In this document: in pieces, positions 38,601 through 48,506 of the stretch
Layout of the letters: each line of letters starts with the position of its first letter
How positions within the stretch are numbered: position 1 is the stretch's first letter
NCBI RefSeq assembly: GCF_001447785.1
Contig: NW_015165235.1
Location: 2,041,403-2,105,402 of the forward strand
DNA from: Gekko japonicus
Lineage: Eukaryota
DNA length: 64,000 nt
Direction: 5' to 3'
Translations under genes and position numbers: made by a program
The notes under the pieces: generated by a model
What the model was told of the DNA's origin: nothing
Databases searched by the model: none
Seen by the model: only the letters and a program-made list of their open reading frames with translations

Positions 38601-41600
38601 AAGGCGCACAGCCAGGCTCGCTGCCAGTTCTTGCAGAAGGCGAAGAGCGCGGCCAGCAGGGCCCGGGCGCTGGGCGCCTCGCAGGGGGTGCCAGGCCCAG
38701 CCCAGGCACAGCATGGCTGTCCAGAGCCCCTGCACCGCCTCCCCCGGCTTTTAATCAATAAGTCAGAGAATTAGTCAGTTCATGTTAGTTCAAGTTCATT
38801 CAGGTGCATGCCGAGATTCTTCCATCATCATCTTCGTTTGCCCTTCTTGAGATTCTTGACTTTTTTCAGACATCAACCCCCCATCCCACCCTCCCACCAT
38901 GTCACAAACTTATCTGTTTACTAAAACATTTATGCCTGCCCTTCCTTCCTATGTTCAGGGTGGCTAACAATAAAAGGCTGAATTGGCCTTGAGTCTGAAT
39001 ATCCCACATCTAAGGAAAACCCTGATTCTGTGTAGAGGAAGTAACACATTACTTTTAAGCAATCAAAGTGTTCTCTGATCTAAAGGATTTATTTATTTTG
39101 CTTATTTAACTCACACAGCACTTAGCAGTGGATTTGTGGTAACATTTTTGTGGTTAATAATCTGTGTTGGAATGCTGGTCTAGTCAAGGCTACAAGACCT
39201 GAATGATTGACCTAGATTTGGGGTGTCAAACATGCGGCCCAGGGGCCGGATCACCCCCCCCCCCAAGGGCTTCTATCAGGCCTGCACTGGAACTGGCCAT
39301 CTCCTGCTTCCGGTTCTGCTGCTGCTGCATCATAGCTTGCTTTGCCAGACTCTCTTAATCACTCAGCCATTTCATGTTTCAACCTGGGTCCTAGACTCAG
39401 AACTCTGAGCAGGAGATTTCTGTGGTGAATGTCAATAAATCAAAAGTAGGTTTGCAGCTTACAGAGCTAATGTTTTAAGCATGTTTTTATTTTAAGTAAA
39501 AAAAATCTTTGTGTTTGTGTCCTTTATAAAGTTTATATCTCCACTACCTGGCATTACATCTTATGACACACATGGCCTGGCCCAACAAGGTCTCATTTAT
39601 GTCAGATCCAGCCCTCCTAACAAATGAGCTCGACACCCCTGGCCTAGATATTCCTTGAGGTTTTATACTCCTGCTACCTTTGAGTACCTGTAGCTCATTG
39701 TCTTCTAGACAACATAATGGGATCTTGGAAAGCAACTTCACATATTACATTGCAGTTAATGTATTTGCCAAGATATATTATGTGCAGCAGAGAGCCATGG
39801 CCAACACTGCCTCCTTTTGGTATGCTCGCCTATATATGTTTGAAAATGTTTGTTCTGTTTCTTGCACACATGACCTACATTTACAGGTTAAAAATGCAAA
39901 ATGTGAAGCGCAGTTAAGAGGCTGAAAGGGCTGGTCTATATTAGTCATGTTAATTGTTGCTTCCTCAGAGCCAGTTTGGTATAGTGGCTAAGAGTGGTGG
40001 AATCTAATCTGGAGAACTGGGTTTGATTCCCCACCTTCTTGAGATTCTTGACTTTTTTCAGACATCAACCCCCCATCCCACCCTCCCACCATGTCACAAA
40101 CTTATCTGTTTACTAAAACATTTATGCCTGCCCTTCCTTCCTATGTTCAGGGTGGCTAACAATAAAAGGCTGAATTGGCCTTGAGTCTGAATATCCCACA
40201 TCTAAGGAAAACCCTGATTCTGTGTAGAGGAAGTAACACATTACTTTTAAGCAATCAAAGTGTTCTCTGATCTAAAGGATTTATTTATTTTGCTTATTTA
40301 ACTCACACAGCACTTAGCAGTGGATTTGTGGTAACATTTTTGTGGTTAATAATCTGTGTTGGAATGCTGGTCTAGTCAAGGCTACAAGACCTGAATGATT
40401 GACCTAGATTTGGGGTGTCAAACATGCGGCCCAGGGGCCGGATCCCCCCCCCCCCCCCAAGGGCTTCTATCAGGCCTGCACTGGAACTGGCCATCTCCTG
40501 CTTCCGGTTCTGCTGCTGCTGCATCATAGCTTGCTTTGCCAGACTCTCTTAATCACTCAGCCATTTCATGTTTCAACCTGGGTCCTAGACTCAGAACTCT
40601 GAGCAGGAGATTTCTGTGGTGAATGTCAATAAATCAAAAGTAGGTTTGCAGCTTACAGAGCTAATGTTTTAAGCATGTTTTTATTTTAAGTAAAAAAAAT
40701 CTTTGTGTTTGTGTCCTTTATAAAGTTTATATCTCCACTACCTGGCATTACATCTTATGACACACATGCAAATGAGGTTGCACCATTGATTTATACAGTG
40801 ACATTATGATACTGGCTGATTTGTTTTCAATTCCCTTCCTAATAATCCCCAGCATAGCGTTGGCCTTTTTTATTGCAGTCACACATTGTCTCGGCATTTT
40901 CAGTGGGTTATCTACTACGACTCCAAGATCTCTCTCTTGGTCAGTCTCCACCAGTTCAGCCCCATTAACGTGTATTTGTAGTTAGTATTTTTGGCCCCAG
41001 TGTGCATCACTTTGCACTTGGCCACACTGAACCCCATTTGCCACGTTGACGCTCACTTGCCCATCCTCGACAGATTCCTTTGGAGTGCCTCACAATCCTC
41101 CCTGGTTGTCACCACCTTGAACAACTTTGTGTCATCTGCAAGTTTAGCCACTTCACTGTTTACTCCCAACTCCAAATCATAAATAAACAAAAAAGCATTG
41201 GACCCAGTACTGAGCCCTGTGGTACCCCACTGCTTACCACCCTCCACTGTGAAAATTGCCCATTTATACTCTCTGTTTCCTGTTAATTAGCCATTTTTTG
41301 ATCCACAAGAGGACCTGTCCTTTTATCCCATGACTATTGAGCTTACTTAGGAGCCTTTGATGAACTTTTATCAAAAGCTTTCTGGACATCAAGGTAAACA
41401 ACATCTATTGGGTTCCCCTTGTCCACATGTTTGTTCACCCCCTCAAAGAACACTAATCAACTCTTCTTCTACTACTACTACTATGAACCGATAAGGAAGG
41501 CAGAGACAGTAGCTTCTTCACTGAAACAAATTAATTGGTTTATTGAAGCACAGGAATAAAAGAGAGAATAAAAATAGAATATTAGATGAGAATGACAAGA

Positions 41601-44600
41601 ATGCCCAGAAACACTGTAAAATAAAAACCAGTGATAAAACAGCAGAATGGTTATTAGCAAATGGTTATTACGGTAATGTATTTTAGCCTACATCATTATA
41701 GCCTTTAAATTCTCCTAACACACACTGCTGCTTCTAAAAAAACTTAGTTCCGCAAGTTACTTTAGGTGTGACCAGCAGCTTTCGTAATTACCTCTCAGAG
41801 GATCCAAAAAACATCTACTTCTCCATGGCACAAATGAGAAATTCAGACCACCCTATCCTGGACCTTTTTAACCTTTTCCTTGGTCAAGGGTGGTACCGGG
41901 TTGCTACACCACTCTTCAGGGCTGAGGACAGAGGGATGGGCACAGTTTCCCCTACACTTCTGTTTACTTTATTGCCTAATCCAAGGGGACAAAGTTTATG
42001 TTCTCTTAACATCTGTCACATTGTCCCCAGATTAGTGCCCTCTGTCTCCAGTCATATCTTGGTTCTTGGCCATCTATAACATTTGGATTTCATGCTTTTT
42101 TATTTTGTGTGTGTGTGTGTGCATGTGTACCTGGAAAGTCATGGTTGACTTCTGGTGGCCCCTACTGGGGCTTGGACATTCAGAGAGGTAGTGTTATAAT
42201 ACCTGCCTCTGCATCCCGACCCTGGTATTCTTTGGAGGTCTCCCATCCAAGTACTTGCCAGGGTCAGTACTGCTTAGCTTCTGAGATCTGACAAGATCTG
42301 GCTTGACTGGGCTATCCAGGCCAGGGCCGGATTTCATGCTTTTCAAGCTTGCTTGTCTTTTTGCCCTTCTCAGACCATGCCAGTGGATTTTGGGAATATT
42401 AAGATACCAGCTTCTATGTAAGAGCTTTAGGGTACCCTTTTGAGTCATGGTTACGCATATACATAGTTTTAAGGGTCCCTCTTATGTACAAGGCTGTGTT
42501 CTTTGCAGTTCATGTACAGGTGACTTTGGTTCAGGAGGACATACAAGCCTCTCTCTGCATTGTAGCTCCTGGTATGTTTTTGGCACTATCAATCCCCTGC
42601 CTCCCCATATTTTGTTACCATAATATTGAGCAGCTTCCTCCTTAGCCAGGTCTGAAATTGAGCTGTTCAGTTCATAAGCTCCTGTTTTAAGAAAACACTT
42701 GCAACCATTTTTCATAGCACAATATTTTGTGGAGTTAAAACATTTAGGGTCTTTCTGAAGGGTCCTTTGCTTATAGAAATCTATCTGAAAAACCAGTCTG
42801 TGAGCAAAAATCTTTCCTCAGATGTCAAAGAGACAGTTTCAGTTGTTTACAAGTTTTTCCTGGACTAACCTTGCAGCTGAACAGTAATGCAGTCAAAGAT
42901 TACTGTTTTTCCTCTATTCTTTATTCAACCCGTCCCATTCAGGATGAAAGATCTGAGCCAGACCTATGTTAGGGTAGCTTAAGCATCTTAGGGCGGGATT
43001 CCTCAGAGTTAACAGAACTCTATTAACAAGTCCTCCACCACTCATTTAGGTCACTCGTTTAACCCCCCCCCCCCAAGGTGCCGTGCTCCTTTACTGGAAT
43101 GCCTACATTTGACTGTGGAAATGATTAAAATGCAGTGACTTCCTTACTTTTACAGGTAAAGGTGGACTTAATTGACTTGTCAGAAAAAGGATGCAGCGAT
43201 TTTGACTTGCAAGCGGAGTTGGAGAGGTCATTTCTATCAGAGCCATCTTCTCCTGGACGGACAAAAACCACAAAAGGCTTTAAACTTGGCAAACACAAGC
43301 ATGAGACATTCATAACTTCCAGGTAACCAGTGGCTGTGAGCACACACCACCTGCCTTACTGGGGACAGGGATTTCCACATTGCAAGGGTGATGATGGGTT
43401 GCAAGGGTAGGGTTGGATCCAGCCAGTTTTCCCCCTCAATCTTATTTAATTCCTCTGCTTGTTACAGACCCCCCCCCCCCCCTGCACACGCCTTTTGTCC
43501 CTGCAGGTCCCATGAGCACCCCTCCTTCCTTTTCTACTAACAGAAAAGCTGGCTGGATCTAACTTACATGTTAATTTAAAGGGGCTTAATGCACAATTAA
43601 CTCTGCTTCAACACATGTCTGGAATGCTAGGGTTTTTTTTAATCTTATGTGACTACTCCAAACTACCTCATTTCCATGTGGATTAAACCATATGGTGACT
43701 GTAAGATATCAACAGTGTCTCAGAATGGAACAGGAGGAGGAGGAGAGGAGATTGGATTTATAACCCACCCTTCACTCGGAGTCTCAGAGTGGCTTACAAC
43801 CTCCTTTCCCTTCCCCTTCCCCTTCCCACAACAGACACCCTGTGAGGTAGGTGAGGCTGAGAGAGCTATGGCTTGCCCAAGGTCATCCAACAGCTGCAAG
43901 TGGAGGAGTGGGGAATCAAGCCCGGTTCTCCAAGATTAGAGTCTGTGCACTTAACCACTACACGAGACTGAAGCAGAAGAGTAAAGGTCCTGTGGATAAT
44001 GAAAAATGGAATGAACATGGGATTTTGCCTAAGGGTTACACTTTATTCTAAAGAAATTTACAAGTGCCTGGATTGTGATTTCTTCATCTCCAGTGCTTAA
44101 TAAACAGATCTGCCAGCATAGAATTGGGTGTGACATGACAGGGACTTAGAACATAGAGGGTGGCACAGAGCGGTTGGGCTTGGAGTGCCACAGCTGTTTA
44201 GCTTGTAGGGAAGAGAGCTGTTGTCCTGTGAAGCCTGCCAGTATGCTAAAGAGAAACAAAGCAGCCAGTGCCATTAAGCAGGGCAGTGTCACAGCCAGTG
44301 CCAATGAGTGACGAAAGAGGAGGATGTGGGTATTAAAGTGCAGTACTAAGAAAAGGCTGCCATGGAAAAACTGCATCTGGTACTCTGCTTCTCCCCCAAT
44401 CCAAAGAATTGAGGCTCAGTGCTAAGATTTGGCAACTCTTGTAAGTTGAAGTTGCTCTTTTATTACCCCTACAAAACTTGCTTGAGCAATTCTTGCTGAT
44501 CTAGAACAATAGTGAGAGGCAGTTGGAAAGGAGAGGAGGAAAGGAAGCTCCTGTTTGATGTTCTTTAGATGAAATGTCTTGCATTAATTTAAGCTTACTG

Positions 44601-46631
44601 TGCTACTATTTTGGGCCTTAACAGTGGGAAGTCAGAGTACATCGAACCTGCCAAGAGAGCCCATATCGTGCCCCCTCCTAGAGGAAGGGGCAGGGGAGCG
44701 TTTGGCCAAGGCATCCGGCCCCATGATATCTTCCGTCAGAGGAAGCAGAATACAAGCAGGCCACCTTCTATGCATGTGGATGATTTTGTGGCTGCTGAAA
44801 GCAAAGAAGTGGTTCCACCAGATGGGATACCGCCTCCCAAGAGACCACCAAAGGTTTCACAGAAGATCTCCTCACGTGGTGGGTTCTCAGGGAACAGAGG
44901 AGGGCGAGGTGCCTTTCACAGCCAGAATCGGTTCTTCACACCACCTGCTTCTAAAGGTATGTTCTTGGTTCCGTTTGAGGTATGTGGGCTTTAAGGGTGG
45001 TGCCCCCTGGGTTAAGGTTCCATTATCTGGAGAGTTCTTCAAAGTACACTTCAGTTTAGTGATGCTACTGTATCTAGTGATGCTGATCTTTGCAAGCAGA
45101 AGTGTTTTACATTCTTTTGTTCCTTCTTTCAACAACCCTAGTAGTATTCATATGTTATAGATGGGATCTGAGGATTAAAGGGAATGGTTTCTTTAAGATC
45201 ACGAGGTGATGCAATGGTAATTGCAGGGGTTGAATTTACAGCTTCCATTTCAGAGCTTAAATCTGTCCACCGAGCTGCATTATTGTGCCGCTTAGAGATT
45301 TAATTAAACATAAAGTGCAGTTTAGCATTTTATGCTGAATGCTGAAATGTTCTGTAATTGTTTTAGCCAGTTATCCTCACTGTTTAGGAAATTACAGTCG
45401 TCGTGAAGGAGCTAGAGGGTCAAGTTGGAGCGTGCAGAGTTCTCCACGAGGCACCTACAGTGAAAGCAGAGGTGGACAAAGCAATTTTAACAGGGGCCCT
45501 TTACCACCCCTGAGGCCATTAAGTTCTGCAGGTATGTGGTTTTTTTTCACATGCTAGAAATATACATATTACTAGCTGAATTTATGATAACATAATAAGT
45601 GTATCACATCCCACTTGGCCTTCCCCTTGAGGTTGCAGCATATGGTAAGTTTGCTCCAGATATGATAACTCCTTTAGAAACTAATGTTAGGTAAAAAGAC
45701 CTGAATAACGCGGTTTTTCATTTCGTTTTTTTTTAATTAGGCCACATTACTGGTGGCTTGGTAATGTTGTGTGTTTGTGAAAGAGTCCCTGTCTCTCTGC
45801 CCCTGCTTTGTGAAATGAAAGCCGAGCCTGACCCAAGTCACCTGTATGCCTCCTGTGAGCATGGGCTCCCTGGGGCACTGACACCCATAAGAAGAAATGA
45901 GGGCAATTTTGCCCCTGAGTGCCTTTGATCTACCATGATCGGGTAGATATTTTATATCTAATAAAACAAGACTGGTAAATATGTGTATGACAGAGAATGG
46001 GGGCTATTCTGTTACATTTGAAATTAACAGGATCTCCACACCATATTACATACATGTTCTCCAGTCACAACTTTTACTTGTCTTGATTTCAGTGGAACTT
46101 TACTTTTCTGTAAGTCATCCTATTTGGGTCCCCCCTTTTCTCTAGAGCAGAAAAAGTCTTAAGCCTTTAGCTGTTAGTGACCAGTTCGTTATGCAAATGG
46201 AAACAGCTCTGTATTAGTCCTGCCAAACAGGGCTGTTTGCAGTTCCCTGCTGTGTTGTGTGCCATCAAGTCGATGAATTAATAACCCTCCACAGATCGTA
46301 GGCTGTGGCTTCTTTTACTGAGACAATGCTTCTCATGTTGGGTCTTGGTATTTTGCTGCTGCCTTCTAGCATTTCCTAGCATTGCATATTGTAATATACA
46401 TATTTGCCCTCATTTAGAGTCTGATAGAAACCACCAATGCACTGTTATTGATTACCTTTTTTCTCATTTTAAGCCTATCGGCCAAGTCCTCGTGATCGTG
46501 CTTCAAGAGGCCGTGGAGGAATTGGGCCATCTTGGGCAAGCGCGAATAGTGGCAGTAGCAGTGGCTCAAGAGGAAAATTCATTAGTGGAGGCAGTGGAAG
46601 AGGGCGTCATGTTCGTTCTTTCACTCGATAG
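5572..46631 (+). CDS. VIRMA: Protein virilizer homolog (VIRMA/KIAA1429), spliced CDS, exons 2-24 (5'-partial)
   Basis: Exons 5572-5687, 9666-9752, 11764-11812 (or its duplicate 12422-12470), 13611-13779, 15148-15270, 16076-16366, 18179-19325, 20524-21015, 22514-22668, 24023-24105, 24945-25038, 25306-25850, 26461-26696, 27980-28232, 29632-29849, 30635-30767, 33425-33577, 34570-34730, 37970-38066, 43156-43322, 44625-44956, 45388-45531, 46474-46631 join in frame (5403 nt, 1800 aa + TAG). Translation follows human VIRMA as remembered, from [24 protein letters not shown] to [11 protein letters not shown]. Confidence 0.97.
6313..6540 (+). mobile_element. Sauria SINE, 3' portion
   Basis: cctgccaacctagcagttcgaaagc core and ACCTTT-type tail. 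Confidence 0.85.
7625..7860 (-). mobile_element. Squam3-like tRNA-derived SINE
   Basis: tRNA-like head (ccagtatggtgtaat...ggttcagatcccca on -); body similar to 12848-13115; boundaries approximate. Confidence 0.65.
8270..8987. mobile_element. Tc1/mariner (Tigger-like) non-autonomous element
   Basis: Imperfect TIRs ctgtaaaagctttgttattcagcac / gtgccagataacaaagtttttgctg with TA on the left. Confidence 0.55.
8651..8856 (-). mobile_element. 206-bp hAT MITE nested in the Tigger-like element
   Basis: TIR caatgttccctctaagctg / cagcttagagggaactctg; perfect 8-bp TSD GTCACTGC. Confidence 0.9.
9229..9428 (-). mobile_element. Sauria SINE, 5' portion
   Basis: tRNA-like head (gtggctcaagtggttaag...ggttcaagaccc on -) plus core; truncated at 9229. 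Confidence 0.85.
9666..9752 (+). CDS. VIRMA: VIRMA exon 3
   Basis: ccag|T...AG|gtaagt; [28 protein letters not shown]. Confidence 0.95.
10637..10830 (-). mobile_element. L2 LINE 3' fragment
   Basis: [19 protein letters not shown]...F...LF-type L2 RT C-terminus. Confidence 0.8.
11764..11812 (+). CDS. VIRMA: VIRMA exon 4, copy 1
   Basis: acag|T...AAG|gtaatt; [17 protein letters not shown], 49 nt. Confidence 0.8.
12422..12470 (+). CDS. VIRMA: VIRMA exon 4, copy 2 (tandem duplicate)
   Basis: Same 49-nt exon with intact splice sites and one synonymous difference (AGT vs AGC across the junction). Confidence 0.8.
12848..13115 (+). mobile_element. Squam3-like tRNA-derived SINE, full length
   Basis: A box tggcatagtggttaag, B box gtttgattccc, (TCT)-rich tail; related copy at 43733-43965. 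Confidence 0.8.
13611..13779 (+). CDS. VIRMA: VIRMA exon 5
   Basis: ctag|GTT...G|gtgagt; [33 protein letters not shown], then poly-Pro. Confidence 0.95.
14328..14380. other. Assembly gap
   Basis: Run of N. Confidence 1.
15148..15270 (+). CDS. VIRMA: VIRMA exon 6
   Basis: atag|CT...G|gtacct; [40 protein letters not shown]. Confidence 0.95.
16076..16366 (+). CDS. VIRMA: VIRMA exon 7 (acidic tract)
   Basis: ttcag|TG...G|gtaggc; [13 protein letters not shown] plus poly-E/D. Confidence 0.92.
17968..17988 (+). CDS. Candidate 21-nt alternative microexon of VIRMA (adds VGAMLLV)
   Basis: Long pyrimidine tract + ttttcag| TGGGTGCTATGCTGCTTGTTG |gtaagt; phase 1-1, frame-preserving, no stop. Confidence 0.6.
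18179..19325 (+). CDS. VIRMA: VIRMA exon 8 (1147 nt, GC donor)
   Basis: gcag|GG GAT GAT...TTC AG|gcaagt; [26 protein letters not shown]...[13 protein letters not shown]. Confidence 0.95.
20524..21015 (+). CDS. VIRMA: VIRMA exon 9
   Basis: ctag|G...GG|gtaact; [15 protein letters not shown]...EFYSKEALG. Confidence 0.95.
22514..22668 (+). CDS. VIRMA: VIRMA exon 10
   Basis: [32 protein letters not shown]...NTKLQ; AG/GT boundaries. Confidence 0.95.
24023..24105 (+). CDS. VIRMA: VIRMA exon 11
   Basis: [28 protein letters not shown]; AG/GT boundaries. Confidence 0.95.
24671..24741 (+). repeat. Short direct repeat (2 x 33 bp, 38-bp period)
   Basis: tttttagaccYgtRtgttaaattaatagaaaag twice. Confidence 0.85.
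24945..25038 (+). CDS. VIRMA: VIRMA exon 12
   Basis: [31 protein letters not shown]; AG/GT boundaries. Confidence 0.95.
25306..25850 (+). CDS. VIRMA: VIRMA exon 13
   Basis: [31 protein letters not shown]...[11 protein letters not shown]. Confidence 0.95.
26461..26696 (+). CDS. VIRMA: VIRMA exon 14
   Basis: [28 protein letters not shown]...LVEDLQ. Confidence 0.95.
27980..28232 (+). CDS. VIRMA: VIRMA exon 15
   Basis: [34 protein letters not shown]...ILQSLCDQ. Confidence 0.95.
29632..29849 (+). CDS. VIRMA: VIRMA exon 16
   Basis: [25 protein letters not shown]...HDYGFYHLK. Confidence 0.95.
29998..30090 (+). repeat. Tandem duplication (48 + 45 bp)
   Basis: atcagcatcaaaagtt(gct)gttttgtgctggactgtacaatttcccag twice. 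Confidence 0.9.
30635..30767 (+). CDS. VIRMA: VIRMA exon 17
   Basis: [44 protein letters not shown]. Confidence 0.95.
31909..32305 (+). mobile_element. hAT-Charlie-like element fragment
   Basis: caggggtctgcaacctttttgagcc terminus; right end not clear. Confidence 0.55.
32530..33175 (-). mobile_element. L1/Tx1-type LINE 3' fragment
   Basis: [26 protein letters not shown] motif typical of a reptile L1 ORF2 C-terminus; T-rich tail on +. Confidence 0.7.
33425..33577 (+). CDS. VIRMA: VIRMA exon 18
   Basis: [14 protein letters not shown]...LELEKLVL. Confidence 0.95.
34570..34730 (+). CDS. VIRMA: VIRMA exon 19
   Basis: [25 protein letters not shown]...ESLQNLFNN. Confidence 0.95.
36200..36880 (-). 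mobile_element. Non-LTR retrotransposon ORF2 C-terminal remnant
   Basis: Degenerate GRF..I....LCSC..G..ETIAH Cys/His motif; clade uncertain. Confidence 0.5.
36883..37226. mobile_element. CpG-rich PIF/Harbinger-like MITE
   Basis: TIR ggccccgttcacacg / cgtctgactggggcc (12/15 match); 3-bp flanks TCC/TCA. Confidence 0.7.
37970..38066 (+). CDS. VIRMA: VIRMA exon 20
   Basis: [32 protein letters not shown]. Confidence 0.95.
38085..38300 (-). mobile_element. Squam3-like SINE
   Basis: ccagtgttgtgtggtgg...ggtttgaatccccactc head on -; boundaries approximate. Confidence 0.7.
38446..38520 (+). mobile_element. hAT(Tip100)-like non-autonomous transposon left end
   Basis: CAGGCCGGC terminus followed by the TAGG...CTAGGC...CGCCTAG subterminal pattern; no right end seen. 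Confidence 0.5.
38520..38749 (-). pseudogene. Decayed fragment of C2CD2L/TMEM24 exon 1 3' end plus the start of intron 1
   Basis: [35 protein letters not shown]|gtaaag vs remembered human [38 protein letters not shown]. Confidence 0.75.
38842..40768 (+). repeat. Near-identical ~735-bp direct duplication (38842-39574 and 40034-40768)
   Basis: Copies appear to differ only around a poly-C tract. Confidence 0.95.
39218..39641 (+). mobile_element. hAT-Charlie MITE, 424 bp
   Basis: TIR ttggggtgtcaaac / gctcgacacccctg; 8-bp TSD ACCTAGAT/GCCTAGAT. Confidence 0.8.
40769..41452 (-). mobile_element. CR1 LINE RT fragment
   Basis: [12 protein letters not shown]; [26 protein letters not shown]. Confidence 0.9.
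42120..42325 (-). mobile_element. 5S rRNA-derived SINE
   Basis: Same family as 3505-3700; (TG)n tail on +. Confidence 0.8.
43156..43322 (+). CDS. VIRMA: VIRMA exon 21
   Basis: [18 protein letters not shown]...[11 protein letters not shown]. Confidence 0.95.
43733..43965 (-). mobile_element. Squam3-like SINE
   Basis: Reverse-complement relative of 12848-13115. Confidence 0.8.
44625..44956 (+). CDS. VIRMA: VIRMA exon 22
   Basis: [13 protein letters not shown]...[18 protein letters not shown]...FTPPASK. Confidence 0.95.
45388..45531 (+). CDS. VIRMA: VIRMA exon 23
   Basis: [14 protein letters not shown]...[12 protein letters not shown]. Confidence 0.95.
46474..46631 (+). CDS. VIRMA: VIRMA exon 24 (coding part, to stop)
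   Basis: [15 protein letters not shown]...[14 protein letters not shown]. Confidence 0.95.
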
Positions 46632-46787
46632 ACCATTTGGAGCATCTTGACTCTGAACATTTCAAGATATCTACAGAAAGCTTAAGCGCTTGAGGACCAA
46701 TGGTAGACTTACTGGAATCCAGGCCAGCAAGAGGTTTTGTTTTGTTGGAAAGAATCAAATTTTGTTTGATACAAGATCTGAGATTTC

Positions 46788-46793
46788 AATAAA
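46788..46793 (+). terminator. Candidate proximal poly(A) signal of VIRMA
   Basis: AATAAA 157 nt after the stop, followed by T/GT-rich sequence; further AATAAA at 47986 and 48929. Confidence 0.5.
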
Positions 46794-48313
46794 ACTTTTT
46801 TTTGTGTACAGTTGCCTGCATTTTCTGGCGGAATAGGGCATTGTATGCCAGAAGTACTGATTTAAGGCTCGCTTTAGCAATGTCCCCTTGTCATGCTACA
46901 AGCAGTACAGCCATGTATGTAGCCTCAATATCAAAGTCAATACTGTTGTCAAGAAGGCGACTCCCTTATGCATTTAAGGTAAAATATAAAATCAGGATGT
47001 TCTGCATTTGCTTTTCTGTTAAGGTGCAATAGTTCTTAAATGTGCTAATTTCTCACAATCCCATCCCTCAGCTATTGCCCTGGCTTTGCTCTTACATCAG
47101 CCTGTTTGAGTTAGAAGTCGTCTCGTTACAGCCAATCTTTCAATTTTTATATCCTCCAGAAGCTGTCTGTATAAAACCATGGGTTGGATCCTGAAAATAC
47201 AGTTCTTATAGCACAGTGGAAGGAGCCTTTCTTTCAAGATGCTAGTGGCATCAGGTTGCAAACCACCTTGAAAAAAGGACCTGCCCCCTCTGCAGTGGCC
47301 ATTGAAACTTTTCATTGGCCGAAGTGAATATCCCACTAAGCCTCTGTTCAAGGAGCAGGATTTTTCTCCCTCTCCATGTGGTTAGCGACCTTATAGTGGA
47401 ATGGATTCAACCTCAGGTAATACAGTTCTGTTTTGTACAGAAGAGAGTTACAATATTTTTTATCTTGCTGATAAGGTTCTCAAGTTAGTGTTCATGACTG
47501 ATCAAATCTAGATCTGGTTAGCTCTGAATCATATTTGGAATTGATACAAGAGGTATTTCTTTATGTTCATCTTCATCTGAAATTTTCAGCTGTTTCACAT
47601 ATTCTCCCTTTAAATCTTGCACATGATTTTTCAGTGTCAAGTGCTTCTTCTCAGTTAGTCAATAGATAGGCTTTTTAGTTTGCTGTTACGAAGTCAGGTG
47701 CACTCGTGTAGCAGAAATCAGCAGTACAACTGCTGACAGGCAAGATTGTGAGTGTGGGGTGGAAAAAGAACAAGGTAAATTGTTTTAAATCAGTGTTAAT
47801 TGGGGTAGCATACGCAAGACCCCCCCCACACACACACACAGAGGTCTTAGCTATCCTTATGTTCCCAAGTAGCATTAAGCTGAAACCTTCTCGATGATGA
47901 ACCTGGCGACACAACACATGGCTCACTTTTCTCCTATCTGTGAAGTGGCAATGAATACCCTACAGGAGAGAGTTGCTCTGAATGTAATAAAAAGGAAGCA
48001 TTTGTACTTGATGTACAAAAGGAGATCTGCAAATGGGTTTGGACTGCAGGGAAGGAGTGCCCAGTTCCCCTTTTTCTTTCAGTATGCTGTGCTTGTGGAA
48101 GAGGGAGGGGATTTCATCTCAGTCCTTCACACCACCATATCGCCAGTGTTTGCAAGTCACATTTCTGGGGCTGCTCGTCTTGCAAGATGATCCAGTCCAC
48201 AGTGTCCCTCCTTCCCACTCCATGGTGCTCTGTCTATCCCTTGGCCCATTGTCAAGAGACATTCCATAATTCCTCATCAACTCGCTAAATATTCTGAAGC
48301 GACAGATCTTAAC

Positions 48314-48506
48314 TAGGGTTGCCAGGTCTGGGTTGGTAAATACTTGGGAGACTTTGGGGATGGATCCAGGAAAGGGTGGGGTTTGGGGAGTGGCCTTAGC
48401 ATGGCACAATGCCTTAGAGTCCACCCTTCAATGCAGCCATTTTCTCCAGGGGATCAGTTGTAAAAGCGGGAGATCTCCAGGCCCCACCTGGAGGCTGGCA
48501 ACCCTA
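48314..48506. mobile_element. hAT (Blackjack-like) MITE
   Basis: TIR tagggttgcca / tggcaacccta; perfect 8-bp TSD ATCTTAAC; a partial relative starts at 59948. Confidence 0.9.
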
